63,764 bases of DNA from Negaprion brevirostris (lineage: Eukaryota): the NCBI GenBank assembly GCA_030324005.1, contig JARDVH010000193.1, positions 43,881,328 through 43,945,091 on the forward strand, given 5' to 3'. The translations under genes and the position numbers were made by a program. Below are positions 40,101-53,000 of the stretch, in pieces; within the stretch, counting starts at the first letter, position 1, and each line of letters begins with the position of its first letter. Under the pieces are notes generated by a model. The model searched no databases. It had not been told where the DNA came from and worked only from the letters and a program-made list of their open reading frames with translations.

Positions 40101-43100
40101 AGGTATGAGGGGCCATGTGCTGGTGAGGAGCATGAGCTGGCATGGAATGTATGAGGAGGCATGGGTGAGGGCCTAACAGCTTGTGAAACAAGCTGACAAC
40201 AGAAAACTGAAGTGAGTGAGCCTTCAAACATGCGTGCCTCAGCACTCGCCCACCTCCATGAGTGCCTGTGCTCTGCTTTCAGGCCTGACCCTCCCGTCCC
40301 TATCATCCCGGAGTGGAAATCATGTGATTTGGGTTCCTTTTACCAAGACAGGTCCGGTAGAAAATTTCTCCACTTGAACTATCTGCCTTGGTAGCGAAAA
40401 TCCAGCTCTGATTATGACTTGTGTTACTGAGGTAGAATATCTTTTATGTTGTCCAAAATCACGTGGATGGTATTCAGATTTGACTTTACTGAACAGTGTC
40501 AGTTTTGGCACTAAGATTGTGATTTTGAATGGAAGTGTCATTTTTATGCAAAAGTGGATTGTCTGCAGGTGCCCTAGAATAATACTATATCATGAAAAAC
40601 CCATTGCAGCTTTTAAAAGTTGTGACCAGTGGTAAGTTTGGACTCATTTAATTTCCTATCCTGTACATGCAGGCCAGACTGAATCTCCCTTTCTTTTGTC
40701 AATCTCTTTGTAAGGCCGTTTTCAAATGAATATTGCTTTAAAAGTATTTTTTGAAAGAGCACAAGCTTTTTTAATGAAATCACAAATGCCTTAAAGAAGA
40801 GCCTCATTCAGTCTTGGAAGTATTGTTTTGATTTAAAATGCCCAGTTCTTTTTTGTTAACAGAACAAGGTGTCTGTTATGGCAGGAGATCATAGTACTTT
40901 TGAACTTGAAGTGATAACAATGGCTCATTTTTCTGCTCTTACTGTTACAGTTTGCTGAGTACTTTTCACAATACTTTTTGTTTCTTATGTAGCCCCATAG
41001 GAATGGTTTTGCTCTTAAAATACAGCAGTTGCATTTGAACCAGTAACTTGACTTCATAAAGTGGTGACTGCCTGCTATAACACTTGCTGCTGATGAGCAA
41101 TGTGCAACAGGGACTGCAGATTACATCACCTAGACATCTTGTAAAATGTGCAAGAAGAATCAGCAGTACTAGGCTGGCTCTGGCAGCTGTAATGTGGGTT
41201 ACTAGGCAACAGTGATAATTGCATTATCTTTTGGAGCTGTGGGTGGAAAACATGTCAGTGGCTAAAGATTACCATATGAGGATGAAAAACACTGACAGTC
41301 ACTTCCTTTTACTGGTGTGTAACTGAAAGAAAGAAAAGATTTGAAGTAAAAGTGAAATGTGTAATGCATCAGAAAAGAGAGAAGCATTGTAAAGTCATTC
41401 ACAGTAGATCTTCAGATATAAATTCCAATTGTTTATGTAAAGAAAGCTGCAGTGAAAGGGCAGCATTGCAGTGAAGCTACAGTCGCTTTTGTGATTGTCT
41501 CCATTTACAGCTGATATAATAAATTTAACTGGATGTGAAATGCTTACTTGTTCAGAAATGATTGCGACTCAATGTTCTGGTTAACTGGGCATTCCTTGTA
41601 TGCTGGAACTGTGGGTGGCAAGGGACTCCAGGTTTGTGGGCAGCAGGAAGTTTGGCTTTGAGTGGCAGGAGGCCCCAAGTTTGAGCTTGTGGGTGCCAGG
41701 AGGCCCCAAGTCTATGCCTGTGGGCAGCAGGAGGGGACAGGTTGTGGGCGGTGGGAGGATAGCTTTGCATTAAAGATGGAGATTTCAATGGTGAAATTGA
41801 TGTATAAGAGTTGTCAAACAACATTTCATCTTGCAGTATAAGTAGGCATTGTGTTTGTCACAGCTTTGTCTCTGTAATAATACACATCCACAGAAGTACA
41901 ATCACATTGAAAGCTGCGTTTAAGATTGAGATATATGTCTTGGTACTCTGTTGGTGTTGTAACCATAAAATTCATCATGGAAACAGGCTCTTGGGACCAG
42001 TCGAGGTGCTTGGCAGTTGCATTTGTGTTGATTTGAAATACAAATTTTGTTTTTGTGATGAAAATCAATTTGTCCAACCAACCAACTAATACCAATCAGT
42101 GCTTTTTAAAATCAATTACTAAGTTTAGGTTCTTGTCCAACCCCCTAAAGCATTTGATTAACAAAGCACAGAACCTTCTATTCGAATAGTTGGCATTTTT
42201 ACAGGTCAGTTTTGATGCAAACAACTCTAACTTTAAACCTGACCAACCAAGCCCAAAGTGGTGATTATACTTTGTACAATAGAGCAAAGTAGTTACGTCA
42301 TATTATCGTTGATGTCTTGTAATAGGATTACTGCCTTTTTGCACAGTCAAAAGCATGATCGTGATATGACTTTGAATAAAACTGCTGGCTTATTAGGGGA
42401 CTGAAGACTCTATTCAGGGACTGAAGACAATTGGCAGTCAACTATAGAAGTACCAACAAGGGTGACCAATCGTCCAGTTTTGAGATGATGGCTGGCTTTC
42501 CTTCTCATGAACAATTTGATTGCCTTCAGAAAACTTTAGATATGCTAAAGGATTGTATTTATAACAATTTGGCAGAATCTTTATGTAGTCACTAAGTTTA
42601 TTGTTTAATTGAGCTCAAATGGTTACCAAACATTTATTTTTCAAGTGTTTACTTAACAGATTGGATTCTTTTGTTTTCTAAACTTAGGCTATGTTGTCTC
42701 TAGAGAGTTACTTTAGGGCATGAGAACATCTTCAATTTTTGTTGTGGGGGTTGGGATTTTGTGTCAACAAGGGAAACATATGCTGCAAATCTGTAGAAAT
42801 GTGATTCATGAGAGACGACGTTAGTGTGGAGGCTGACACAGCAGGAAATAGAGCAATGCTTTCAGCCAAGCTTTATGTTTTTCTAATTAAGTTCACCAGT
42901 ACAAGAGTGTTACAGAAATGCTCTTTTCTTAAACCAATGTGTGCTTCTACCCATGAAAAGCAGCAGCTAGGTCTTAGTATTGCATTTCCACCTCTGCAGT
43001 CGGTCATTCTGGGTCTGATTGAAATGTGAAAGTTTGCCCGTTATTAACTTTCCTGTTTGTGTAGATTGCAAATGCAATGTGAGAAAAAGCTTTCGCACAG

Positions 43101-43927
43101 AATGAGCGGTTCAGGTCTGGAATACACTGCCTGGAAGTGTGGTGGAGACAAGTTAAATCAAGACATTCAAGAGGGCATTAGATAATTACTTGAATAGAAC
43201 CAATATGCAGGGGTGTGGCCAAAAGGCAGGGAAATGGCAGCAAGTCACGATGCTCGTTTGGAGAGACAACACAATTGGCCAAATGGCTGCGTTCTGTGCC
43301 ATAACAATTCTGTGACCTGTTTTGAGGCAGAAATGCAATAGCTATTGAAGAGAAAGGCCCCAAGTGATTCACACAAATGTTATTTGGACTGTGGAATATG
43401 TAACTTAGATTTACTTGAGCCAGGATGGAAATATGCCCTGGATTTATAAAGAAGATTAAATCATGCTGCCCACATCCAATTCAGAATGCTTCAAAAATGG
43501 AGCTGCTATTTTGTTCAGTTCTGTTGCTAATTAAAATGTAACCTGTTCTGCTGTACAAAGCACATCTATAATGGTACATAAATGGTGGTTAGATAGCAAA
43601 TGTAGTTAAATGTAGTTACTTTTTAAAAATCTTTTGTTTGTGTTAGCATCCACTGTAGCTCTGTTTGCAAGCATGAGGATACTATTGTGCACTGTATGTT
43701 AGAACTATTGGTGCATTGGTTCTCACTTTGTATCCCAGGTGGTCACTTGCTGGATTGCTTGGTTGGCCTGTTGTAAATACACGCTTGCGTAGTACAGGTG
43801 TTTCCCTATGAAGCAGAACAATTTTGAGGAGTGGCAAATTAGGCTCCCTCCATCCACTTATTCATATCCAATATGAGAGCCCTGGCACTTCATATGGCAA
43901 GTATTGGGGAGGTGGTGTGGAATGGGA

Positions 43928-44001
<74 letters not shown>

Positions 44002-47000
44002 ATATAATGGGGAAGGAGGAGAAGGTGAGAGTGACGTCAACAATAATTCCAGTTGAGGAATGGATCAAGTATGTGATATGTTAGATTAGGTGGGTGATCA
44101 CAGATATCAATGTTGATTTGTGTAAAGGGGAAAGCTGGTGGGAATACACATTCCTAACTCTTTGATTAGTTGAATTATCATGATTTANNNNNNNNNNATT
44201 TAATAAGGTACCATATGACATTACTGCATTTGCCCTTTGCATGTGTAACTGTCTCCCAGATTTGAGAGTGTCTCCAAACTGTAAAACACATGGAACAGGC
44301 AGTTTCAATAACTTTAAATTCTGTCTCTAATGAGGGATTTCAGCACCTCACTTTTGAGAATATAGCCTCTAATTTCCCCAAGTTGCAGCTTCAACTTGGC
44401 CTGAAAGCCCTTTTGCTTCTTGTGCCTGCAATGAGTAGTCAGGCAGCTGGACTCCAGCTCACCCTGCCCCAACAACCTCCCAGTCACTCAATTACTTAGT
44501 CTGAGACTGCATCCCACAGTATTCGCTAGGCTGCGGCAGAGTCTATACTCGGACATAATTCCTGCTTCCAAGCTGTGTTGCTGCCAACCTTCTTCCGTAC
44601 TCCAACTCTCAGCTGTCCTGAACAACTACTTCTCCAGGGCTTCATAAAGCCCAAAGTCCTCAGCAGCACAGGGCTATCAACATTTCCTGGGGCTTCTGTG
44701 AGCCCCAGCTCCCTCAGCAGCGTGGAGCTAATGACAGCACTTCAGTACTATGGAGCTCATCTTCCTCTTTATTTGGTCCTGACTGTGTCTCGTGGGTACT
44801 CTTTCATGTGCAGACAGACATGCATATACAGTCACCTGCATACACATCCCCCTCAGGTCCCATGGTTAGGTTTTCACACTGGACACTGGTCACATGATCA
44901 ATTTTTAGTACTGCATACTGCGTAGGCTCATTGCTGATCCATCCTCTGACATCCATTAACTAGAATTGCCCCCCCAAGGAAATCCTACAGACCAAATTTA
45001 AAAGAGATGGATTCCCTGACAGTGATGCAGCCTGATTAAATTTGCAGGGAGCACTCAATCATTCTATAGAAAGAGTTTAGTCATTGCTCTATTAATGGAG
45101 TATGTAAATAATATTGATTATGGTGTTAACTAAGAGTTGATGATTAATCTCTCATCCCCTGCCACAGCTTATTTATGCTGCACTTACCTCATGTCAGAAA
45201 GAGCCATATTCTCTCCTGCTCGTATTTTTGTCTTTCAGAAAACTCGCGTGATCTTTGGTTTTCTCATTAGTTTTTCATTACTTTTATGAATGTGTATTTA
45301 TTGAGTAAAATCTGACTATCTGAGTAAAGAGAGTCATACGCTTGCTGCGTAGTTCATTTACAATTGGTTTATTTTGAGCTGGAAATAGGCCTGAAAAGGA
45401 CTGTGTGTTTGAATGATCCATTGTGGGTGTTAGCACAAAGAATTGAACTCAGGAATGTACTTTCATGCCTCATCAGCAACTGTGAATTTATAAGTGCTGG
45501 CAGCAAGATAACCTTTCAGAATATGTCTAGAGCTAGTGAGACCATAATGGAAAACTGAGTTGTAAGCATTTCATTTTGGGCTTGTATCTAAATGCAAATT
45601 NNNNNAGAATAATTTCATAGAACCATAAATTGGTTACAGCACAGAGATCATTTGTCCCTCATGTCTGTGTTAGGCTCTCTGCAAGAACAGCTTGCCTAGT
45701 CACACTCTCCCCCCTTTCCCCCATGGTGCTACGAGTTTTCTCTCCTCAAATAATTCTTCAATTCTTTTTTGAAACCACGATTGAATCTGCCTCCACCATG
45801 TTCTTAGGTGGTTCTACCCATTCGCTCCATAAAAATGTTTTTCCTCATGTCACCGTTGCATGTTTAGTCATTCGTCTTAAGTCTGTGCTCTCTGGTACTC
45901 TATCCTTCTGCCAAAAACAGTTACACCCTCTTTACTCTGTCCAGATTCTTCATGACTTTCAACTCCTTCATCAACTGTCCTTTTAGTCTCCTTGTCTCGC
46001 AAGAAGAACAACTCAGCTATTCATAACAAATGTTCCTCATTCCTGGAAAAATTTTTGTGAATCATTTCTGTATCCTCTCTAATTCCTTTACGTCTTTCCT
46101 AAAGTGTCATGCTCAGAATTGGACACAATCTTCTAGTTGAGGCTGTACCAGTATGTACAGGTTTATGTAACTTCCTTGTTTTTGCACTGTATGCTCCGAC
46201 TTGTGCAAGTCAGGATCCATTATCTTTTATTAACCACTTTTTCAATCTGCCATGTCACCATCAAGGATCTGTGCTCGTATACTCCTAGGTCCCACTGCTC
46301 CTGCATTTCCTTTGTTTTTTATGCCTCTCCTCATTCCTCCTACCCAAATGAATCGCTTTACATCTTGTTGCATTAGCTTTTGCCTGCCATGTGTTTGCTA
46401 TTCTACCAGACTGTCCATGTCCTTTTGAAGTTTAGCTGTATCTTCCTTACAACATTGGCAAGTATTGTGCATGGTATCATCCCTAAGTTCTGATCTTGTG
46501 CCCTGTACATCCAAGTTTAGGTCATTTATATAGTTCAGAAAAAGCAGTGGTCAGAACACTGACGCCTGGGGAATTTTGCTATATATCTTTCTCCAGACTG
46601 AAAAACAACTATTTAGCACTGCACTTTGTTTCCTGTCACTCAGACAATTTGTATCCATGCTGCTGCATGCTTCTTACAAGGTACAGACCATATCCAACCA
46701 ATCCTTACTTGCAAAATTCAAAGCACAGCGTCAAACATTAGATATGATTCTGCGATTGAACAACGTTTGCGAGTATAATGGTAGNNNNNNNNNNNNNNNN
46801 NNNNNNNNNNNNNNNNNNNNNNNNNNNNNNNNNNNNNNNNNNNNNNNNNNNNNNNNNNNNNNNNNNNNNNNNNNNNNNNNNNNNTGATCTTATTGAATGG
46901 CGGGGCAGGCTCGAAGGGCTGGATGGCCTACTCCTGCTCCTATTTCTTATGTTCTTATATTCTTATAATCCTCGGTGTGCTAAAAAAAATTATGCTGACA

Positions 47001-50000
47001 ACCAGTTTAAGATTGTCAGCCTTACTCTGGCACATTTCCAAGTATGTATATAAATATAAAGGGCCCTGTTCTTTGCAAACAAAGAACAGGTATACACATT
47101 GCACCTGTTTCAGATAAACAAGATAAGTGACGATCATTCTTTAGGGTCATATCTTAGCCAATCAGAGCCAAACTGCCTGGTTTAAATTTCAAACAACGCT
47201 TAGTAGTTAACAGCCAGTTACATTGAACGGATATCTCCATGGCACCTTCTTTGCCAGTCAGCACTCTTCTTCTCATATGGTACAAATTTATTATTTCTCC
47301 TGACACTGGTATTCTTGCGAATTGTCCTGATGAGTGCAAGCTGAAAATCTTTAACAAAATGTATCTTTCTCAGCAAGATTCGAGCTTTGTACTGCCAAGC
47401 AACTAGTAACTAAAGGTATTGAAGGAGTATGGAGGCAGGTCACAGATCAATCACAATTTGATTGACGGGCTGAATCTAGTGATTAATTGACCTTTTTGTA
47501 TGTATATTTTGAAGTGTAGTAGTTTGAGGCTGGAGATGCTTTGCTTGTTGAAATGTTTCTACTGCAGCTACTTGGAAGCAATACCCACTAAACCGCTGAC
47601 CATCCCATGTCCCTTTCTGTCTCTCATAAAGGCCAAGGTTACAAATGACTCCTTTCAAAATCACTATCATTGCCTATGTTCGGAAGTAAAATCTATCTTT
47701 AACCAATCTATCCTTGCAAACTTCCATTTTATCTTTAATGTTCTTTTCTTGTGCAACTTATTGTCATTTCCCTATGTTCGTCTTCCCTGAACTTTATCTC
47801 GGTGTATTCAGATATGTTTTTGCCCCTTAGAGCACAGACTGCTAGATCTTTCTCACATATGTGCTGGGAAATCTTTGACACAGAGAGGTTAGCTTTTATG
47901 TGAATGCTGATGACACTCACCTCTTGACCCTTCCACTGATGCTATTGGGCTACTTTTTCAACACCTAGTCTCAGATGAGCCATAATCTCCTCCAACTGAA
48001 CATTAGCGAGGCCAAATCTGAGTCTTTTTTCTTCCACGATCTCTTGCCACCAATTCCCTGGCCACTCTCGGCAAGCACCAGGCAGTTTCCACTTTCAATA
48101 ACCAAATCAATGTCGATCTAGGATTTAGCCCCCAATCCTTTCCTTCACAAAAACTACCCTATTTAATTTCTGTGATCTCAGCTGCCTCTATCCTTACCAC
48201 AACCCATCTGCCTTTGAAATTTTCGTTAAAGTTTTTCATACCTTCAGATTTAATTATACTAATGCTGATGTGACTGGCCTTCCATCCTCCCCGATTTCTC
48301 AACTTCAGTTCATCTAACATTCTGCTGTTTGTTCCAGTGCCCCATCTTTGCTGAGATACATTAGCACCCTGATCTCCCAACAATTCAAATTTTAAAATCT
48401 ATTCCTGCAATTTGAATGCCCTTTGACCTGTTTATCTCTTGTGTTTTCTTTCATGTATGAAAAAAGGAGTGTTGTCATTTAATGTCTCATTTTAAAAATA
48501 TTATGTAGTTTGGTTCAAAGTGATCTAATTGAAATGATTGTTCACAAGCAGAAGTTTAAAGAGTGGGGGCAGTCTTCTGAGAATTCCTTAGGAGTCTCCT
48601 GAAGTTTGACATTAGAAGGTTCATTGCTTGGCCACAGTCTCAAATGGAGCTTGACATTGACAACTTCTCCCATTATAATCTAGCCTTCCTACATAGGCTG
48701 TACCTTCTGTAGCCATTTTAAGCATAACGTAATATTGTTGACAGCAACAGTGATTATTACTGTAGGAATCATGGTGTTTTTTTTCTTTCCTGTCTGCTAG
48801 TTTCTATACATATTTTTTCTTATAAAGTTTGTGTGTCTTTGTTTCAGGGCTTGCAGGGTTTGCACGTCTCTGCCCAGGAGACCAGTATGAGGTGAGGAAA
48901 TATGGAAGAAGTATTTTTTAACCTAAACAAATCTCAAAGATTTAAAATTTTCTCCTTTTAACCACATTAAGTATCACTTATTCTGACATGGTATGTTTTT
49001 AGGCACTGTCTGCAGGATGTTGAAATATATCATTACATAGGTGGTGAAAGTTCGTCATCCTTTAAGATCAACCTGTCCTGCAATCTCCCTATAGTTTGGA
49101 GCATTCACAAGGAGTTCTCCTAACTTCCTGATTGGCAAAACAAATGGTAGCCATTTTTGGCAATTTTTCGAATTATCAGAAATTTCCTCCTCATCTGAAG
49201 GTGCTGGCGACTTGGAGTAAGGATCCATTAGTAGCACACCTCACCAAAAGAGCCATTGTTCTTGTGAGCTTCAGCAGGCAGGGCCATAAGCTTGATCCTG
49301 TCTTTAACCAATGTCCACACATGCACTTGCTTCCAGCCTAGGGTCATCAAGCAGCAACTGTGAACCATATCCAACTCCAGTTCTTGGTCTATCATTGTGT
49401 AGGTTATGGCACTTCAAGTGCTTAACCAAGTATTTTCTAAATGTTTTGAGGGTTTCTCCCGCCATCATCCTTTCAAGCAGTAAGTTTCAGACCCCAACCA
49501 CCCTCTAAAAAAATTGTCTTTAACTTCCCTCTCATCCTTCTACCAATTACTTTAAGTCTTTGCCTCAGGTTATTGACTCTCTGCTAAGGGAAAAAGGCCC
49601 TTCCTATCCACTCCATTCAGGCCCTGAATTTTATGTAATTCCATTTAATCTCCCCTCCGCTTCCTCTGCTCAAAAGAAAACAACCTCAGCCAATTCAATC
49701 TTTGCTCATAGCTGCAATTCTCCATTTTTGGCAACATCCTCATAATCTCCTTTGTACCCTCTCTAGTGCAATCACATTCTTTCTGCAAAGCTGTACCCAG
49801 ACTGTATGCAGTACTCTCACTGTGACCTGACTAGTGTTTTACAGTTCTGGCATTACCTTTCTGCTCTTATCCTCAATGCCATGACCACTTTATTGACTTG
49901 TCCTCCTACCTTCAGTGATCTTATGGACATGCATTCCAAAGTCACTCTGCTCATCTGCACCTCCCAGAATCCTCCCATTTATTGTACATTTTCTTGCCTT

Positions 50001-53000
50001 GTTTGTCCTTCCTAAAGAGATCACCCCCACACTTTTCCAGGTGGAGTTTAATTTACTAGACTGTTCATCTGACTATTTCACTGCTAAATTCTTGCTTGCC
50101 CCAGCTTTCTTCCTCGCAATCAACCAATTTTTGTATTATCTGCCAACTTAATCAAGTCCACTATGATTAAGTCTAAATCATTGATATATAACCTGAACAA
50201 CTAAGGACTCACTACTGAGCCCTGTGGGCCCCCATTAGAAGCAACTTTTCATTACTCTTGGTTTCCTGCCACTGAGCTAGTTTGGGATCCAACTTTCCTT
50301 TAGAACCCATGATGTCTTAATTTTGTTCAGTCTGCCAAGCCAAAAGCCTTACTAAAATCCACATAAACAAATCAAACACTATATCCTTATCAACCCCCAC
50401 CTTTGTTACCCTCTCAAAACTCCCAGTCAAGTTAGTCAGACATGGCCTTCTCTTCCCTTATCCATGCTGACTATCATTGATTAATCTGTGACTTTCCAAA
50501 TGATGAATCATACTGTCCCTCAGAATTTTTTTCCATAATTTACCGACCATAGGATGGGTAAATTTACCCACCACTCACGTAACTACTCAGCTTATCCCTT
50601 CCAACTTTTCAAAGTAATGGTACAACCTTAGCTGTTGGCACCATGCCTGTAATTGAAGAGTATTGAAAAACGATGGTCACAGCCTCCACTATTTTTTCTC
50701 CTTCATTGAGGATACATTTCATCTGAGCCAGATGATTTATCCACTTCCAAGATACTAAGCATCTCAACGCTTACTCCCTCACTATGTTTTCCCTATCTAA
50801 TACTTCATGCTTCTTAACAATTATGTCTATTTCATCTGCTTATTTTGTGAAAACGGATGCAAAATATTCGTGAAGTTGGGCCCCCACGCCTATTTTCTCT
50901 GTGATCCAGGTGGTGAGGTTAGTTGTAGCACTGCTACCTCAGCACAAACTGGGAATCATTCATGGAATTTTTGTATGTGCTTAGCTTGGTTCCTCACTGG
51001 ATAAATATGCATTGGGGAATTTGCTTGAAAGCACAGTTGCAGCAAAGTTTACAATTTCATTCTAAACAGCTATGAGTGCAGGAGATGTTTGGTAACAGTG
51101 CGCTGCGACACAAATGGCTGAAAATTGTAAAATGTATTGAGTGGTAGACTCTAAGCAATGAATGTCTTAATATTACTACCGTGGAAAAATCCAGATGTTG
51201 CAGCCTGACCACAGCCTTGCTGTAAGTTTTGGTCTGAGAGGAAGTAGGGGGATGAATATATTTCTGATGAATCATACATCTATCTAATATCTATTGGCAG
51301 ATATTCATGAAATATGGTCGCCAACGGTGGAAGTTGAAAGGTCGCATTGAAGCAAACGGGAAGCAAGTATGGGATGGTGAGGAGATGGTATTTCAGCCTC
51401 TTGTTACAGAGTTCCTCTCGATCAAGGTAAGGACCTCTGGTTCACTCACAAACAACATTAATTTCTCACCTTCCAGTTCTTCAGATTCGTTGAAATAATA
51501 TCAGTTTGGAGAGAGTGGCTACATGTGTTTCTAGATGATACAAGGAGACACACTACATAACTTTTTTGTTACTTAACATGTTCCTGTTTACAAAGAGAAG
51601 CTTTCCAGCGGGAGGTCACCATATGTTGAGAGCTCTCAAGTTAACTATTGCAAGAAGTGACTCTACAACCTTTATTTCCACAAGTTGCTTGACTTACAAA
51701 GCTGAATCCTGGGGTCTAAATTCAAGCCTTTGACCATTAATCTTGACTTTACTAAAAATAAAACCATTTTAAACAAAGACTGAAGTGTAAACAAAGATGG
51801 GAAGACAAAATTGTCCTTTTCTGGTCTCAATCTCCTCAACCCACAATGTTTCTCACAGAAGAGTTGTCCGAGTGACCTCCTACCCCTCCAAGGCTTCATA
51901 TACTGCTCTCCCCCACCTGACTGTTCAGCTGCATTGACACAAGGTTTCCACCCTATGTACAGCTCTTGGTACAACACTGCGCTAGCCCAAGCAAAACTGT
52001 TGGGTTCCATTCCAGATCTTAAAATGGTCTCAGTGATTGTGATGATTTTGCTTGGATCATGTGGATAGAGATGCAGTGCCAAGATGTATGGGTGCTTATT
52101 GACCTGTGGTATGAATAAATCATGTCAAACTTGGGCTCTGCATAAAAGGAAGTAATGAAAAACTGCTGCACAGAATGAAAATTGGACATATTGCAAACTC
52201 AGAACATTAGAACCAAATTGGGAGTGATGGGGGGAAATCATCCAGCATATTGTACATCTCACCTTAGTTGCTTACAGTATGATGGTACTCTCCTTTACAG
52301 ANNNNNNNNNNTGCTGGGGTAAAAGTCCCACAGGTACTAATTGTTTGAACGTACCAGGAAAGATAAGAGCATCAGTAGGTGGTAAAGAGCCCCTCTGCAC
52401 CTTAGTAAATTTGCCAGTAAATTTAGTAAATCTTTAACGTCAAACAGCACCTTCACATCTAAGGATTAGTTGTCAAGCTGTTCGTTTTCTGATGATCTGT
52501 TAATGGCGTGGGAATGTTTTATCGGTGAATATCCAGTTACCAAATTAGGTAGCAGAAAACATTCTGATGATTCACAACTGTTTTATTGATACTGAAGTTC
52601 AGTGTAAACACTGGCTTCCACTCTTCCCTTTTGGATCCTCTTCCTGTCCAGAAGCCAAATGTCTACTGGGGGTAAAAACAGCTCATAAGTATAAGCTTCA
52701 GTGACTATCACCTGCTTTCAGTTCACTCTCAAGCAAGACCTGGTTTGCTCTTAAAGGGACATGCATTTCTAACATTATCAGGGAAGGCAGACCCACAGTA
52801 AATTTGTATTCCCCCCCACCCTCTCCTCTCCCTCCAGTGGAGGACAAGGAAAACATTCTTTCTTTTAAAGATGCAAGAAGAAATATTTGAGGTTAGGGAA
52901 GAAAGAAATTTCAGGAGCAGATCTTAATCTGGGTTTCCACGATGGTTGAGTCACTCTGTTGCCCTACTACAGCTTCAGAAACACTCAGCATTACAGTGCT

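Noticed and set aside
42391-42428. 20-bp-period duplication tatt..gggactgaagac
   Set aside because: Only two copies, a simple local duplication; not CRISPR-like and no function can be supported.
43739-43797. Possible alternative exon resembling GLAG (tatcccag|..CTT GCT GGA TTG..ACAG|GTGTTT)
   Set aside because: The phase-1 frame needed after exon 7 hits TAA, the similarity is only three residues, and the donor is weak.
43824-44084. CV- and HT-repeat peptides
   Set aside because: Translations of the (TG)34 microsatellite.
45455-45480. Minus-strand CTGATGA-GGCAT-GAAA hammerhead-like core
   Set aside because: No helix I complementarity, helix II is only one G-U pair, and there is no Penelope context; probably chance.
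51280-51300. Exon 9 acceptor lacks a pyrimidine tract and has CTAAT close to the AG; possible U12 intron
   Set aside because: The intron's donor is GTGAGG (U2-type) and there is no TCCTTAAC branch sequence.
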